From the NCBI GenBank assembly GCA_965646445.1, contig CBFFZW010000005.1:1-64000 (forward strand): a DNA stretch of 64,000 bases, in the 5' to 3' direction. How positions within the stretch are numbered: position 1 is the first letter of the stretch; each line of letters opens with the position of its first letter. The position numbers were made by a program, and so were the translations under genes. The notes beneath the pieces are model-generated. The model saw only the letters and a list, made by a program, of their open reading frames with translations. It had not been told where the DNA came from and made no database searches. Positions 50,657 through 59,769 of this stretch are shown in pieces. Source of the DNA: an uncultured Christensenellales bacterium (GTDB taxonomy: Bacteria; Bacillota; Clostridia; Christensenellales; Aristaeellaceae).

Positions 50657-52420
50657 TCAGCCGATGCGCACCGTGACCCGGACGACGCCCTGCCTGGGAA
50701 CGGACAGCACGATGCCGTTGGCTTTTTTGTACATCAAATACAGGCGGCGGCTGATATTGGCCAGCGCGAGACCGTTGTTGATGCGCGTTTCGGCGTAGGC
50801 CGCGGCGGATTCATTGAGCTGCCGGTTGATGTCCTCCGCCTGCTCGGGCGTCAGCTGGCTGCCGCTGTTCTCAAGGGACAGTACCAGGGCTTCGCCGTCA
50901 AGCGCCGCGCGCAGGGCCAGAAAGCCCTTGCCGCTGTCCATTTCCAGGCCATGACCATAGGCGTTTTCCACCAGGGGCTGCAGGATCATCCGGGGCATTA
51001 GGATGCCCTTGACCTCCTCAGGAATGTCCATGGTCAGCGCTGTGAGGCGGCCGAAGCGGGTATGCATGATGGTCAGGTAGTGCTGTACGCACTCCAACTC
51101 CCGCTGCAGGGGCACCATGGAATCCTTGGCGCAGGCATAGCGGTAGATGTGCGCCATGGCGGCGGTGATGCGCATGATTTCCCGGGGCCGTCCGTCCAAG
51201 GCGATCCCCTGGATGCATTCCAGGGTATTGTAGAGAAAGTGCGGGTTGATCTGGCTTTGCAGCATGAGCAGCTGGCTTTGCTGCTCGCTGAATTTGAGGG
51301 CGTAGAGATCGTTCTGGGTCTGAAGCTGCAGGGAGGTCAGGTGATTGATCTCGGACAGCATGCTGTTGATGTCATGGGCCAGCAGACCGATCTCGTTGTG
51401 GCTGACGGCCTGCACGCGCTGGGAGAAATCGCCCGAACGGATACGCAGCATATCCCGGGATATGCGGTGAATGGGGTACAGGAGATTCAGCAGTATCAGG
51501 CCGGAGAGCAGAATGGTCAGCAGAACGCAGGTGAAGGTGATGGCGGAGGAAAGCGCGACGATGGACGCGCCATTGCGGAACAGATCGCCCGCGGGCAGCA
51601 TGATGGTCAGCTGCCAGGCCGGCAGGCCGACGCGGATGGTGATGGCATAATAATCTTCTCCGCCGATGGAAAGCTGTTGCAGATCGTCGCTGGTCTGGTC
51701 AAGCTGATGCTGAATGGCGGCGGGGTCGTCCATATGGTTGGGGTTATAAAACCGGCTTTGATCGGCGTCTGTCACAATCAGGGCCGTATTGGGGAACAGC
51801 GGATCCATCATGCTGGTGTTCAGCACCTTGGACAGCTCCATCACCACCGCGATGGCGCCAAGACGCTCGTGGAAATTCGAGGCCTTGGTGGAATAGATGG
51901 GCTGAAGATAGGCGCAGTACATATTCCGCTGACCATAGTCCTCAAAAAAGGGTGTGTGATAGGCGGCGGTCAATGCATCCATATTCTTTATAAAGTCTGT
52001 CTGCATTAGGGTGAAGGCGGCCATGGCGTCCGTTGTGCTGGACAGGGTGAAATTGCCGGAGTATACTTTGACCGCCACAACGGCGGGGCTGATCTGGCTG
52101 ATATTTTGCAGGTTTTCCGTGTAGGCCCTGTGCAGGGTGTCGTCATATTCCCCCATCAGGTAGTCCTGCAGATCACTGTTGCTGACAAAACGCTCTACCG
52201 CACCCAGCATGTTGCCATAGGATGTGTGGATGCTCTGCTCCAGCTGCTTGCATATGCCGGAAAAGTGAATTTGTGCCTGATTGCGCAGTTCCAGCATGGA
52301 AAAATGCCGCAGCAGAAGATTGATGCCGATCATGGCAACCAGAATGCAGGTCATCAGGGTAAGCATCAGCGTCTTGATTTTGATGTTGGCGCATCGCCGC
52401 AAGAGGTCCTTGATGTTCAT
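50657..52420 (-). CDS. sensor histidine kinase, YesM/LytS-type (2 TM, HAMP, His_kinase, HATPase_c)
   Basis: INPHFLYNTLECI His_kinase motif; start MNIKDL after AAGGAGG. Confidence 0.8.
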   Translation of the reverse strand: MNIKDLLRRCANIKIKTLMLTLMTCILVAMIGINLLLRHFSMLELRNQAQIHFSGICKQLEQSIHTSYGNMLGAVERFVSNSDLQDYLMGEYDDTLHRAYTENLQNISQISPAVVAVKVYSGNFTLSSTTDAMAAFTLMQTDFIKNMDALTAAYHTPFFEDYGQRNMYCAYLQPIYSTKASNFHERLGAIAVVMELSKVLNTSMMDPLFPNTALIVTDADQSRFYNPNHMDDPAAIQHQLDQTSDDLQQLSIGGEDYYAITIRVGLPAWQLTIMLPAGDLFRNGASIVALSSAITFTCVLLTILLSGLILLNLLYPIHRISRDMLRIRSGDFSQRVQAVSHNEIGLLAHDINSMLSEINHLTSLQLQTQNDLYALKFSEQQSQLLMLQSQINPHFLYNTLECIQGIALDGRPREIMRITAAMAHIYRYACAKDSMVPLQRELECVQHYLTIMHTRFGRLTALTMDIPEEVKGILMPRMILQPLVENAYGHGLEMDSGKGFLALRAALDGEALVLSLENSGSQLTPEQAEDINRQLNESAAAYAETRINNGLALANISRRLYLMYKKANGIVLSVPRQGVVRVTVRIG

Positions 52421-52459
52421 GACTGCCTCCTTCTTTCGGTTCATGGCGTTGTTCTCCTG

Positions 52460-53338
52460 TCATGTCCGCGCACGGAATTGGGCGCGGTATTCTGAGGGCG
52501 TCATGCCGAAAAACTGCCGAAAGCATTTGTTGTAATAGGAGAAGTTGCGGAAGCCTACCTGAAGGGCGATGTCGGACACCTTCATTCGTGTTTCCTGGAG
52601 CAGCAGGGCGCTGTGCTGGACGCGGTACTGCACCAGATAGGTGATGGGCGGCTGAGCCATCATGCGGCGGAACAGGCGGCCGAACTGACCGGGACTCATG
52701 TGAACATGGGCGGCCAGCTCCTCCAGGGAGATGTCCTGCTGGAAGTGCGCCTGAATGTATTGGAGGCTCTTTTTGACGGGGTTCAGGGCGGAGGCGGCGC
52801 CGGTTACGCCCGTCTTGCCGCCAGGCGTGGTGAGGAAGGCGTAGAGCAATTCCATCAGGTAAGCCTTGATGAGCAGCTCGCCGCCGGGCTTGGGTTCGGC
52901 CAGGGCCTCGCTGACGGCGCGGAACAGCCTGGCCACATGGTGCTGGCCGGGAAAATCAGCCGGCAGGTACAGCGCCGACGGATGCTCCGGGGAAAGCAGC
53001 GGCGCTAGGTACCGGGTGTTGATGGCGTCCTCCTCCCGGCGGCCCAGCAGAAAATCGGGATGGCACAGTAGGGCGATGGTATCGCAGGGCAGGGGCTTCG
53101 TCCGCTTGGCAAAGTGCAGGGCGGAGGAGAGAATCAGCAGGGAATCGCCGCCGCCAAGGGCAAAGGGCGTGCCGTTGACGTAGACATCCGCCTCGCCGGA
53201 GGCAAGGTAGAAAAACTCGAATTCATCGTGCAGGTGGCTATGATACAAAAACGGCTGATCGTTGAGATAACAGCGGCAGTAGCTGTCCACCGGAAAGGCC
53301 GGCGTACCGTGGGCCCGCTCCCGAATGCGTATCTCCAT
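52460..53338 (-). CDS. AraC family transcriptional regulator with N-terminal cupin domain
   Basis: C-terminal AraC HTH (FSYYNKCFRQFFGMTPSEYR), N-terminal cupin-like; no REC domain. Confidence 0.8.
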   Translation of the reverse strand: MEIRIRERAHGTPAFPVDSYCRCYLNDQPFLYHSHLHDEFEFFYLASGEADVYVNGTPFALGGGDSLLILSSALHFAKRTKPLPCDTIALLCHPDFLLGRREEDAINTRYLAPLLSPEHPSALYLPADFPGQHHVARLFRAVSEALAEPKPGGELLIKAYLMELLYAFLTTPGGKTGVTGAASALNPVKKSLQYIQAHFQQDISLEELAAHVHMSPGQFGRLFRRMMAQPPITYLVQYRVQHSALLLQETRMKVSDIALQVGFRNFSYYNKCFRQFFGMTPSEYRAQFRART

Positions 53339-53509
53339 GCTTCCTTCCTCCTGCCGAAATAATGTTAATAACGCGCTGGAATACTGCTATCACGGGGGGA
53401 ATATGTCGTATATAATACTAATATATCAAAACGGCGCGGATGTCAAGCGCTTGGATAAAGCCTTGGAAAGTGAATGACGGATGTTGCCGGTGAAAGGCGG
53501 GGATGCAGC

Positions 53510-54841
53510 GTGAAAAAGGCTTGGCTATGGATGATGTGCGTGCTTGTGCTGGTAGGGGGAATGACATCCGCCCTGGGGGAGGAAAAGACCTTCGACCTGG
53601 GCGGGGCGACCATCACCCTGGGCTCCTACCGGGATCTGACGCCCTCGGAAAGCTCGCCGACCTATCCTGACCAGATGGCACTGGTGGAGGAGATTGAACG
53701 GAAATACAACTGCAGGCTGGCGTTCACCACCACGGGCGACTGGCATTCCTGGGACGCGACCATCAAGATCATGGCGATGTCCGGGGAGAAGGTGGCCGAC
53801 GCCTTCTGCCACACCATTGACTACGTCATTCGCAGCTGGACGTACGTCAACCTGCTGGCGCCTCTGGACGATTACCTTGACCTCAGCGACCCCATGTGGA
53901 ACCAGGAGGCCATGGCGCCCTGGAAGTACCAGGGGAAGAACTACACCGTCTCCACGGCCCGCAACGGCCTGGGAACGTGTATACTGTTCAACAAGCGGAT
54001 CTGCGCGGAAAACGGCATCACCGATGAGATGCTCTACGAATGGCAGGAGAACCGCGAGTGGACGTGGGACAAGCTGCTGGAGGTGGCCCAGCAGTGTACC
54101 AAGGATACCGACGGCGACGGGGAAATGGACGTGTGGGGCTTCGGCGCTTACGGCTGCGCGCCGGTGATCTCCGAATCCTTCATTTACGCCAACGGCTCCA
54201 GCTGCGTCACCATGGATGACAACCTGACCTACCACTACAACCTGGACGATCCCGCGGCGGTGGAGGCCATCGAGTGGTGCCGTATGCTGGCCAACGACAG
54301 CGGGGTGTGCTATCGCGGCCCCTTCGACTGGGGCACCTGGGAAAAGCTGTGGAACCGGGGCAAGATCGCCTTCTACCAGGTGTACAGCTGGGAGGTGACC
54401 AATTACCCCCTCAACCTGCAGGACGATGAGTTCGGGATGCTGATGATCCCCATCGGCCCCAGGGCAGAGGATTACGTCAACGCGCAGAATGTCCATGACG
54501 GCTGGTTCATCCAGGCGTGCGTGGAAAACAAGGAGGCCGTGGCTGCCATCCTCCGGGACTGGCTGTATCCCTACGACTGGAAGGAGATCGGCGATTCTGC
54601 CTCGTCCTTCGAGAACGTGGTGTTTGACGACGAGTCCCTGGACACGATCCGTCTGATTGACGGCCGCAGCGTCCTGGCCCTGGGCGAGCCTGCCACCTGG
54701 TTCAGAAACAACATCCTGTGGAACGATTTCGGCGTCAACAGCAACGTTCCGGGCCGCGTGTTCGCGGACACCAACAGGGCGCCCTCCCAGGCGTCCTTCG
54801 ACGAGCTGGTAACCATGTTCGAGGACATGGCGAAGGAATAA
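53510..54841 (+). CDS. ABC transporter extracellular solute-binding protein
   Basis: GTG start, signal peptide, SBP family 1-like. Confidence 0.75.
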   Translation: MKKAWLWMMCVLVLVGGMTSALGEEKTFDLGGATITLGSYRDLTPSESSPTYPDQMALVEEIERKYNCRLAFTTTGDWHSWDATIKIMAMSGEKVADAFCHTIDYVIRSWTYVNLLAPLDDYLDLSDPMWNQEAMAPWKYQGKNYTVSTARNGLGTCILFNKRICAENGITDEMLYEWQENREWTWDKLLEVAQQCTKDTDGDGEMDVWGFGAYGCAPVISESFIYANGSSCVTMDDNLTYHYNLDDPAAVEAIEWCRMLANDSGVCYRGPFDWGTWEKLWNRGKIAFYQVYSWEVTNYPLNLQDDEFGMLMIPIGPRAEDYVNAQNVHDGWFIQACVENKEAVAAILRDWLYPYDWKEIGDSASSFENVVFDDESLDTIRLIDGRSVLALGEPATWFRNNILWNDFGVNSNVPGRVFADTNRAPSQASFDELVTMFEDMAKE

Positions 54842-54875
54842 ACCATCTACCCAACTACGAAAAGGAGAGAAGACC

Positions 54876-55628
54876 ATGAAGAAGTTCCTCTGCACCCTGC
54901 TGGCCCTGACCATGCTCCTGTCCCTGTGCTCCGCCGCGCTGGCGGAAGGCTCCCTGGTGGCCCATTACGACTTTGAGGATCCCGACAACCTGGGCAGGGA
55001 CGCCACGGGCAACGGCCACGATCTGATCCCGGTGGGCTCCGGCAAGGTCGCCGCGGCCAAGGAGGCGAAGGTGGGCTCCGGCGCCCTGGCGCTGGACGGC
55101 GAGAGCGGCCTGGCCTTCGGCAAGGAAAACGGCGATGACTTCTCCGACGGCCTGGAGAGCTTCACCGTCAGCTTCTGGGCCAAGCATCAGGGCTTCACGG
55201 GCGAGAACTCCCGTGTGTTCTCCACCGGCTACAACGGCGAGCAGAAGGGCCTGTGCATGCTGGTGGCCGCCTACGCCCACAACGGCGAAAAGCATCTGAT
55301 CTATCAGCCCATCATCGGCGACGGCAAGGGCGATCACTGGGGCCGGCTCAGCGAAAGCTGCAAGCTGACCGAAAACCTGGACGATTACCACTGGTATGTG
55401 TGTGCCTACGATGCCGAAACCATGACCATGACCGCCTGGGTGGACGGCGAGCTGCGCGGCACCGATGAATACGAAGCGCCTGAAATTCCCTGCGTACTGG
55501 GCCTGACCATCGGCGGCAGCTATGTTTTCTGGGACGACCGGGTGATGTACGGCTTCATTGGCGAAATTGACGATGTGCGCGTGTATGACTACGCCGTCAG
55601 CGATGTGGGAGAGATGAACATTGAGTAA
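54876..55628 (+). CDS. secreted LamG-like / concanavalin A-like lectin domain protein
   Basis: Signal peptide, HYDFEDP...GNGHDL...LALDG...FTVSFWAK pattern of Laminin_G_3. Confidence 0.6.
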   Translation: MKKFLCTLLALTMLLSLCSAALAEGSLVAHYDFEDPDNLGRDATGNGHDLIPVGSGKVAAAKEAKVGSGALALDGESGLAFGKENGDDFSDGLESFTVSFWAKHQGFTGENSRVFSTGYNGEQKGLCMLVAAYAHNGEKHLIYQPIIGDGKGDHWGRLSESCKLTENLDDYHWYVCAYDAETMTMTAWVDGELRGTDEYEAPEIPCVLGLTIGGSYVFWDDRVMYGFIGEIDDVRVYDYAVSDVGEMNIE

Positions 55629-57534
55629 GCGTTTATGGGCGCTTGCACTGGCGGGGCTGCTGCTTTGCGGCGGCCCCGTTTGTGCTCATGGGGAGGAGGC
55701 GCGTAACGTGCGCGTGGATTTTTCAAGGCATACAGGCATTCCGCTGTTCAAGCGGCAGAATACCTTTTCCGTTTCCTATTCCTTCGGCATCACGGGGGAC
55801 AGCGCCGCGTTCATGAAGGCGGCGCCGCTTTTGCGGGAGCTGCGCAGCGAGAGCATGCGGGTTGATCTGTCAATGGGCAACGGCGGCCTGGGGCAGTTTC
55901 TGGCCCAGGGTACGGCGGAAAGCATGACTCATTCCTTCGCCGCCCTGGACATGCTCATGAAGCAGCTGTACCAGAACGGCACCGCGCCCTACTTCTCCTA
56001 TGGCTACATGCCGAAGAGCCTTCAGCCGGAGGGCGGGAGCTTCCGTTCGGCCCCGGCGGATGTCCGGGCCTGGGGACGGCTGTGCGGCGACATCGCGGCC
56101 CATTACGCGGAAAAGGGCTGGCCTCTGGCGGCGCATGAGATCTGGAACGAGCCCGACCTTGTCAACGATCAGGGCAGGCACGTCTTCTTCAGCGGCGATT
56201 GGGAGGACTATATCGCGATGTACGACCAGGGCGTCCGCGGCATCCGGGCAGGCAATCCTCTGGCGACGGTGGGCGGGCTTTCCCTGGCCTTCCTGAACCT
56301 TTTTGAGCCGGGCGGGGGCATCCACGCTTTCCTGAAGCATGTCCGGGATGAGGCGCTGCCGCTGGATTTCATCTCCTACCACAACTACGGCACAAGCCGC
56401 TACCTGAACGACACCCGCATCATCAACGGCATCCTGGCGGGCTATGGCGATACGTTCAGCGGAACGGGGCTGCACATCAATGAGTTCCATGTGGTGGATG
56501 ATATTACGAACATCACGCCTGAGGAATCAAGCTGCGCGGACAGCGCGTCGCTGATGCTTCACGCCATCGCCAATCTGGTGGAGATGCCCACGATTACCTC
56601 AGTTAACTGGGCCACCTGGCGGGATAACGGCGAGGGGCTGAACATGGTGGATAACCAGACCGGCGAGCGCTTTGCCACCCACCACGCCCTTCGGCTGTAC
56701 AACGATCTGCCCGTGGATCGCGTGGCCTTTGAGGGCGAAGGCAGCGTCAAGGGGCTGGCGGCGGCGGACGGCGACCGGGCGGGGGTGCTGCTGTTCACGC
56801 GGCGGGTATCGGAGCAGCCGGTCAGGGCCGAGCTGGCGCAGGTTCCCTTTGACAGGGCGGATATGGTGGTCTACGCCATCGACCAGGAGCATTCCAGCGT
56901 GCTGGACGGCTGCGAGAGCGACGCGCTGGCCGTCGTTGACCGGCGGGACAACGTGGACACGAAAAACCTGGTGTGGGAAGGAACCCTGGCGCGCAGGGGC
57001 ATCCTGTACATCAGGCTGACGCCCGCCGGGCAGGCGGACGATGCCGCGCCCGTATGGGCCATGGAGGGGGATGTGCCCGTCAATGGCGGCGTAGCCACGG
57101 TGCTTCGACGGGAATACTATTTCGGTGACCGCGGTACCACCGCGTTTTCCGAGCTTGACCTGGGCACCATGACCGCCTGGGCCGGCATGGGTGACGCGAA
57201 GACCGGTATGGCCCGGGGTTCCGCCGTGCTGGCGAATCTGCCCCCGCGGCTGACGTTCACCCCCACGCTTTACGGCACACCGAATGAAGGCGCGGCCTTC
57301 TTCCTCTACGCCGAGTACACCGACGCGCAGGGGAAAACCACGCGGCGGGCCATGGCGTCCGGCGACGCGGCGTACAGGCCGGAGGGCTTCGGGGATACCC
57401 CGGTTCAGCCGCTGCCCCTGGAGGATGCCTTTGCCCTGGAAACCCCGGAGGGCTTCGACGGCACGGTGAAGCTGACCTGGGGCATGGAAAACGCCGGCGA
57501 GGACGTGACCATGAAGCTGCGCATGAGCCGATGA
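55621..57534 (+). CDS. secreted clan GH-A glycoside hydrolase (GH39/GH5-like TIM barrel) with C-terminal beta domain
   Basis: EIWNEPD acid/base motif, signal peptide; TTG start overlapping upstream stop. Confidence 0.55.
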   Translation: MSKRLWALALAGLLLCGGPVCAHGEEARNVRVDFSRHTGIPLFKRQNTFSVSYSFGITGDSAAFMKAAPLLRELRSESMRVDLSMGNGGLGQFLAQGTAESMTHSFAALDMLMKQLYQNGTAPYFSYGYMPKSLQPEGGSFRSAPADVRAWGRLCGDIAAHYAEKGWPLAAHEIWNEPDLVNDQGRHVFFSGDWEDYIAMYDQGVRGIRAGNPLATVGGLSLAFLNLFEPGGGIHAFLKHVRDEALPLDFISYHNYGTSRYLNDTRIINGILAGYGDTFSGTGLHINEFHVVDDITNITPEESSCADSASLMLHAIANLVEMPTITSVNWATWRDNGEGLNMVDNQTGERFATHHALRLYNDLPVDRVAFEGEGSVKGLAAADGDRAGVLLFTRRVSEQPVRAELAQVPFDRADMVVYAIDQEHSSVLDGCESDALAVVDRRDNVDTKNLVWEGTLARRGILYIRLTPAGQADDAAPVWAMEGDVPVNGGVATVLRREYYFGDRGTTAFSELDLGTMTAWAGMGDAKTGMARGSAVLANLPPRLTFTPTLYGTPNEGAAFFLYAEYTDAQGKTTRRAMASGDAAYRPEGFGDTPVQPLPLEDAFALETPEGFDGTVKLTWGMENAGEDVTMKLRMSR

Positions 57535-57559
57535 ATCAGGCTGAAAGGAAGAGACGAGC

Positions 57560-59539
57560 ATGAATTATTTTACGGCGGAGGGCGGGGCCCTTGTATATCG
57601 CAACGCGGGGGAGGAAATGCGCCTGATCCCCTGGGGAAGCAACAGCCTGCGGGTGATGGCGCGGCTTCAGCAGCCCATTGAGATGACGGACTGGGCGCTG
57701 CTGCCCCAGGAGGCGTGCGAGGCGGACATCCGCGTGGAGGCGTATCACGCGGAGATCCGCAACGGCCTGCTTTGGGCCAGCCTGGATATTTCGCGGGCCA
57801 GCGGACAATGCCGCGTGACCTACCGTCGCGCTGACGGCGAGGTGCTCCTGCGGGAGATCGGCCACGGGGGCGCGCTGCACCTGGCGGCCCGGCGGTTTCA
57901 GCCCCACATCGGGGGCGATTTTGCCCTGACCGTCGCCTTCGACGGCCTGGACGAGCGGCTCTACGGTCTGGGGCAGTATCAGACGGATCAGATGAACCTG
58001 AAGCACGGCGTTTTCGAGCTGGCCCACCGCAATTCCCAGGCCAGCGTGCCGTTTGTGGTGTCCAGCCGGGGCTATGGCTTCCTGTGGCACAACCCCGCCA
58101 TCGGCCAGGTGGCCTTTGGCAAAAACCGCACGGAATGGCGGGCCGAATCCACCAAGCAGATGGATTACTGGATCACCGCCGGGGAGGATTTCCGCGCCAT
58201 CAGCCGCCAGTATGCCCAGGCGACGGGCTTCGCGCCGATGATGCCGGACTATGCCCTGGGCTTCTGGCAGTGCAAGCTGCGCTACTGGAACCAGGAGCAG
58301 CTGCTGGATGTGGCGCGGGAGTACAAGCGGCGCGGCATTCAGCTGGACGTGATTGTGTGCGACTTCTTCCACTGGCCGAAGATGGGGGACTTCCGCTTTG
58401 ACGAGGAGTTCTTCCCCGACCACGCCGCCATGGTGCGGGAGCTCAGGGACATGGGCGTGGAGCTAATGGTTTCCGTGTGGCCGCAGGTGGATCTGACCAG
58501 CGAAAACTACGCGGAAATGCGCCAGCAGGGCCTGCTGGTTCGGGCGGAGCGCGGCGAGCAGATCGGCATGCGCTTCGGCGGGGACAGTATGTTCTACGAT
58601 GCCACCAACCCGCGGGCCCGGCAGTATGTATGGGCCAAATGCCGGGAGAACTATGGTCAATTGGGCATCCGCCTGTTCTGGCTGGACGAGGCTGAACCTG
58701 AGTACGGAACCTATGACTTTGGCAACTACCGCTACCATCTGGGCAGCAATCTGCAGGTGGGCAACGTCTATCCGCAGCTGTTCTCACGCGGGTTCTACGA
58801 GGGCCGCCGGGAAAGCGGCGATACCGAGATTGTCAACCTGGTGCGCTGCGCCTGGGCAGGAAGCCAGCGCTACGGCGCGCTGGTGTGGTCGGGGGACATC
58901 GCCAGCAGCTGGGAGGCCTTCCGCTGCCAGGTAAAGGCCGGACTGAACATGGGCATGGCGGGCATCCCCTGGTGGACCACCGACATCGGCGGCTTCACCG
59001 GCGGCGACCCGGAGGACCCGGGCTTCCGGGAGCTGCTGGCCCGGTGGTTCGCCTGGGGCGCCTTCTGCCCGGTGATGCGCCTGCACGGCGACAGAAAGCC
59101 CACGACGCACCTGAAGCGGGCGGACGGCGCGCCCTACCTGTATACCGGCGGGGACAATGAAATCTGGAGCTTTGGCCCGGAAATGGAGGAAATCCTCCGA
59201 GGCTTCATTGTCCTGCGGGAGGCGATGAGGCCGTATGTCAGGTCGCTGATGGCCCAGGCCCACACCCAGGGCGCGCCGGTGATGCGGCCGCTGTTCTACG
59301 AATTCCCGGAGGATCAGCGCTGCTGGGAAATCGAGGATGAATACTGCTTTGGCTCGGATATGCTGGTGGCCCCCGTGATGGCGCCCGGCCTGAGGGAGCG
59401 GACGGTTTACCTGCCCCAGGGGGTCAGATGGCGTCACGCCTTCACCGGCGAATGGTTTGACGGCGGACAGCATGTGACGGTTTCCGCGCCCCTGGACACC
59501 ATTCCGGCGTTCCTGCGGGAGGGCCATAAGCGCTGGTAA
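57560..59539 (+). CDS. glycoside hydrolase family 31
   Basis: 659 aa intact; DVIVCDFFHW, WLDEAEPE motifs. Confidence 0.85.
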   Translation: MNYFTAEGGALVYRNAGEEMRLIPWGSNSLRVMARLQQPIEMTDWALLPQEACEADIRVEAYHAEIRNGLLWASLDISRASGQCRVTYRRADGEVLLREIGHGGALHLAARRFQPHIGGDFALTVAFDGLDERLYGLGQYQTDQMNLKHGVFELAHRNSQASVPFVVSSRGYGFLWHNPAIGQVAFGKNRTEWRAESTKQMDYWITAGEDFRAISRQYAQATGFAPMMPDYALGFWQCKLRYWNQEQLLDVAREYKRRGIQLDVIVCDFFHWPKMGDFRFDEEFFPDHAAMVRELRDMGVELMVSVWPQVDLTSENYAEMRQQGLLVRAERGEQIGMRFGGDSMFYDATNPRARQYVWAKCRENYGQLGIRLFWLDEAEPEYGTYDFGNYRYHLGSNLQVGNVYPQLFSRGFYEGRRESGDTEIVNLVRCAWAGSQRYGALVWSGDIASSWEAFRCQVKAGLNMGMAGIPWWTTDIGGFTGGDPEDPGFRELLARWFAWGAFCPVMRLHGDRKPTTHLKRADGAPYLYTGGDNEIWSFGPEMEEILRGFIVLREAMRPYVRSLMAQAHTQGAPVMRPLFYEFPEDQRCWEIEDEYCFGSDMLVAPVMAPGLRERTVYLPQGVRWRHAFTGEWFDGGQHVTVSAPLDTIPAFLREGHKRW

Positions 59540-59769
59540 GGATTTCCTGAACGCTCATGAGAAGGAATCAATTGTTATAGAAATCACATCATTTCCCGGT
59601 TGCCGTAAAATAGCTATACTGTTATACTTAAAAAGAAATTTGGTATATTTCTTCCCTGTTTTGACATGAGAGCGACGATAAGAAGCGAAAGAAAGCAAAA
59701 ATATCGGCTGCCAAGGCAGCAAGTACCGCGAATCAATTGTACGAATGCCGGGAGTGAGGAAACGTGCGG

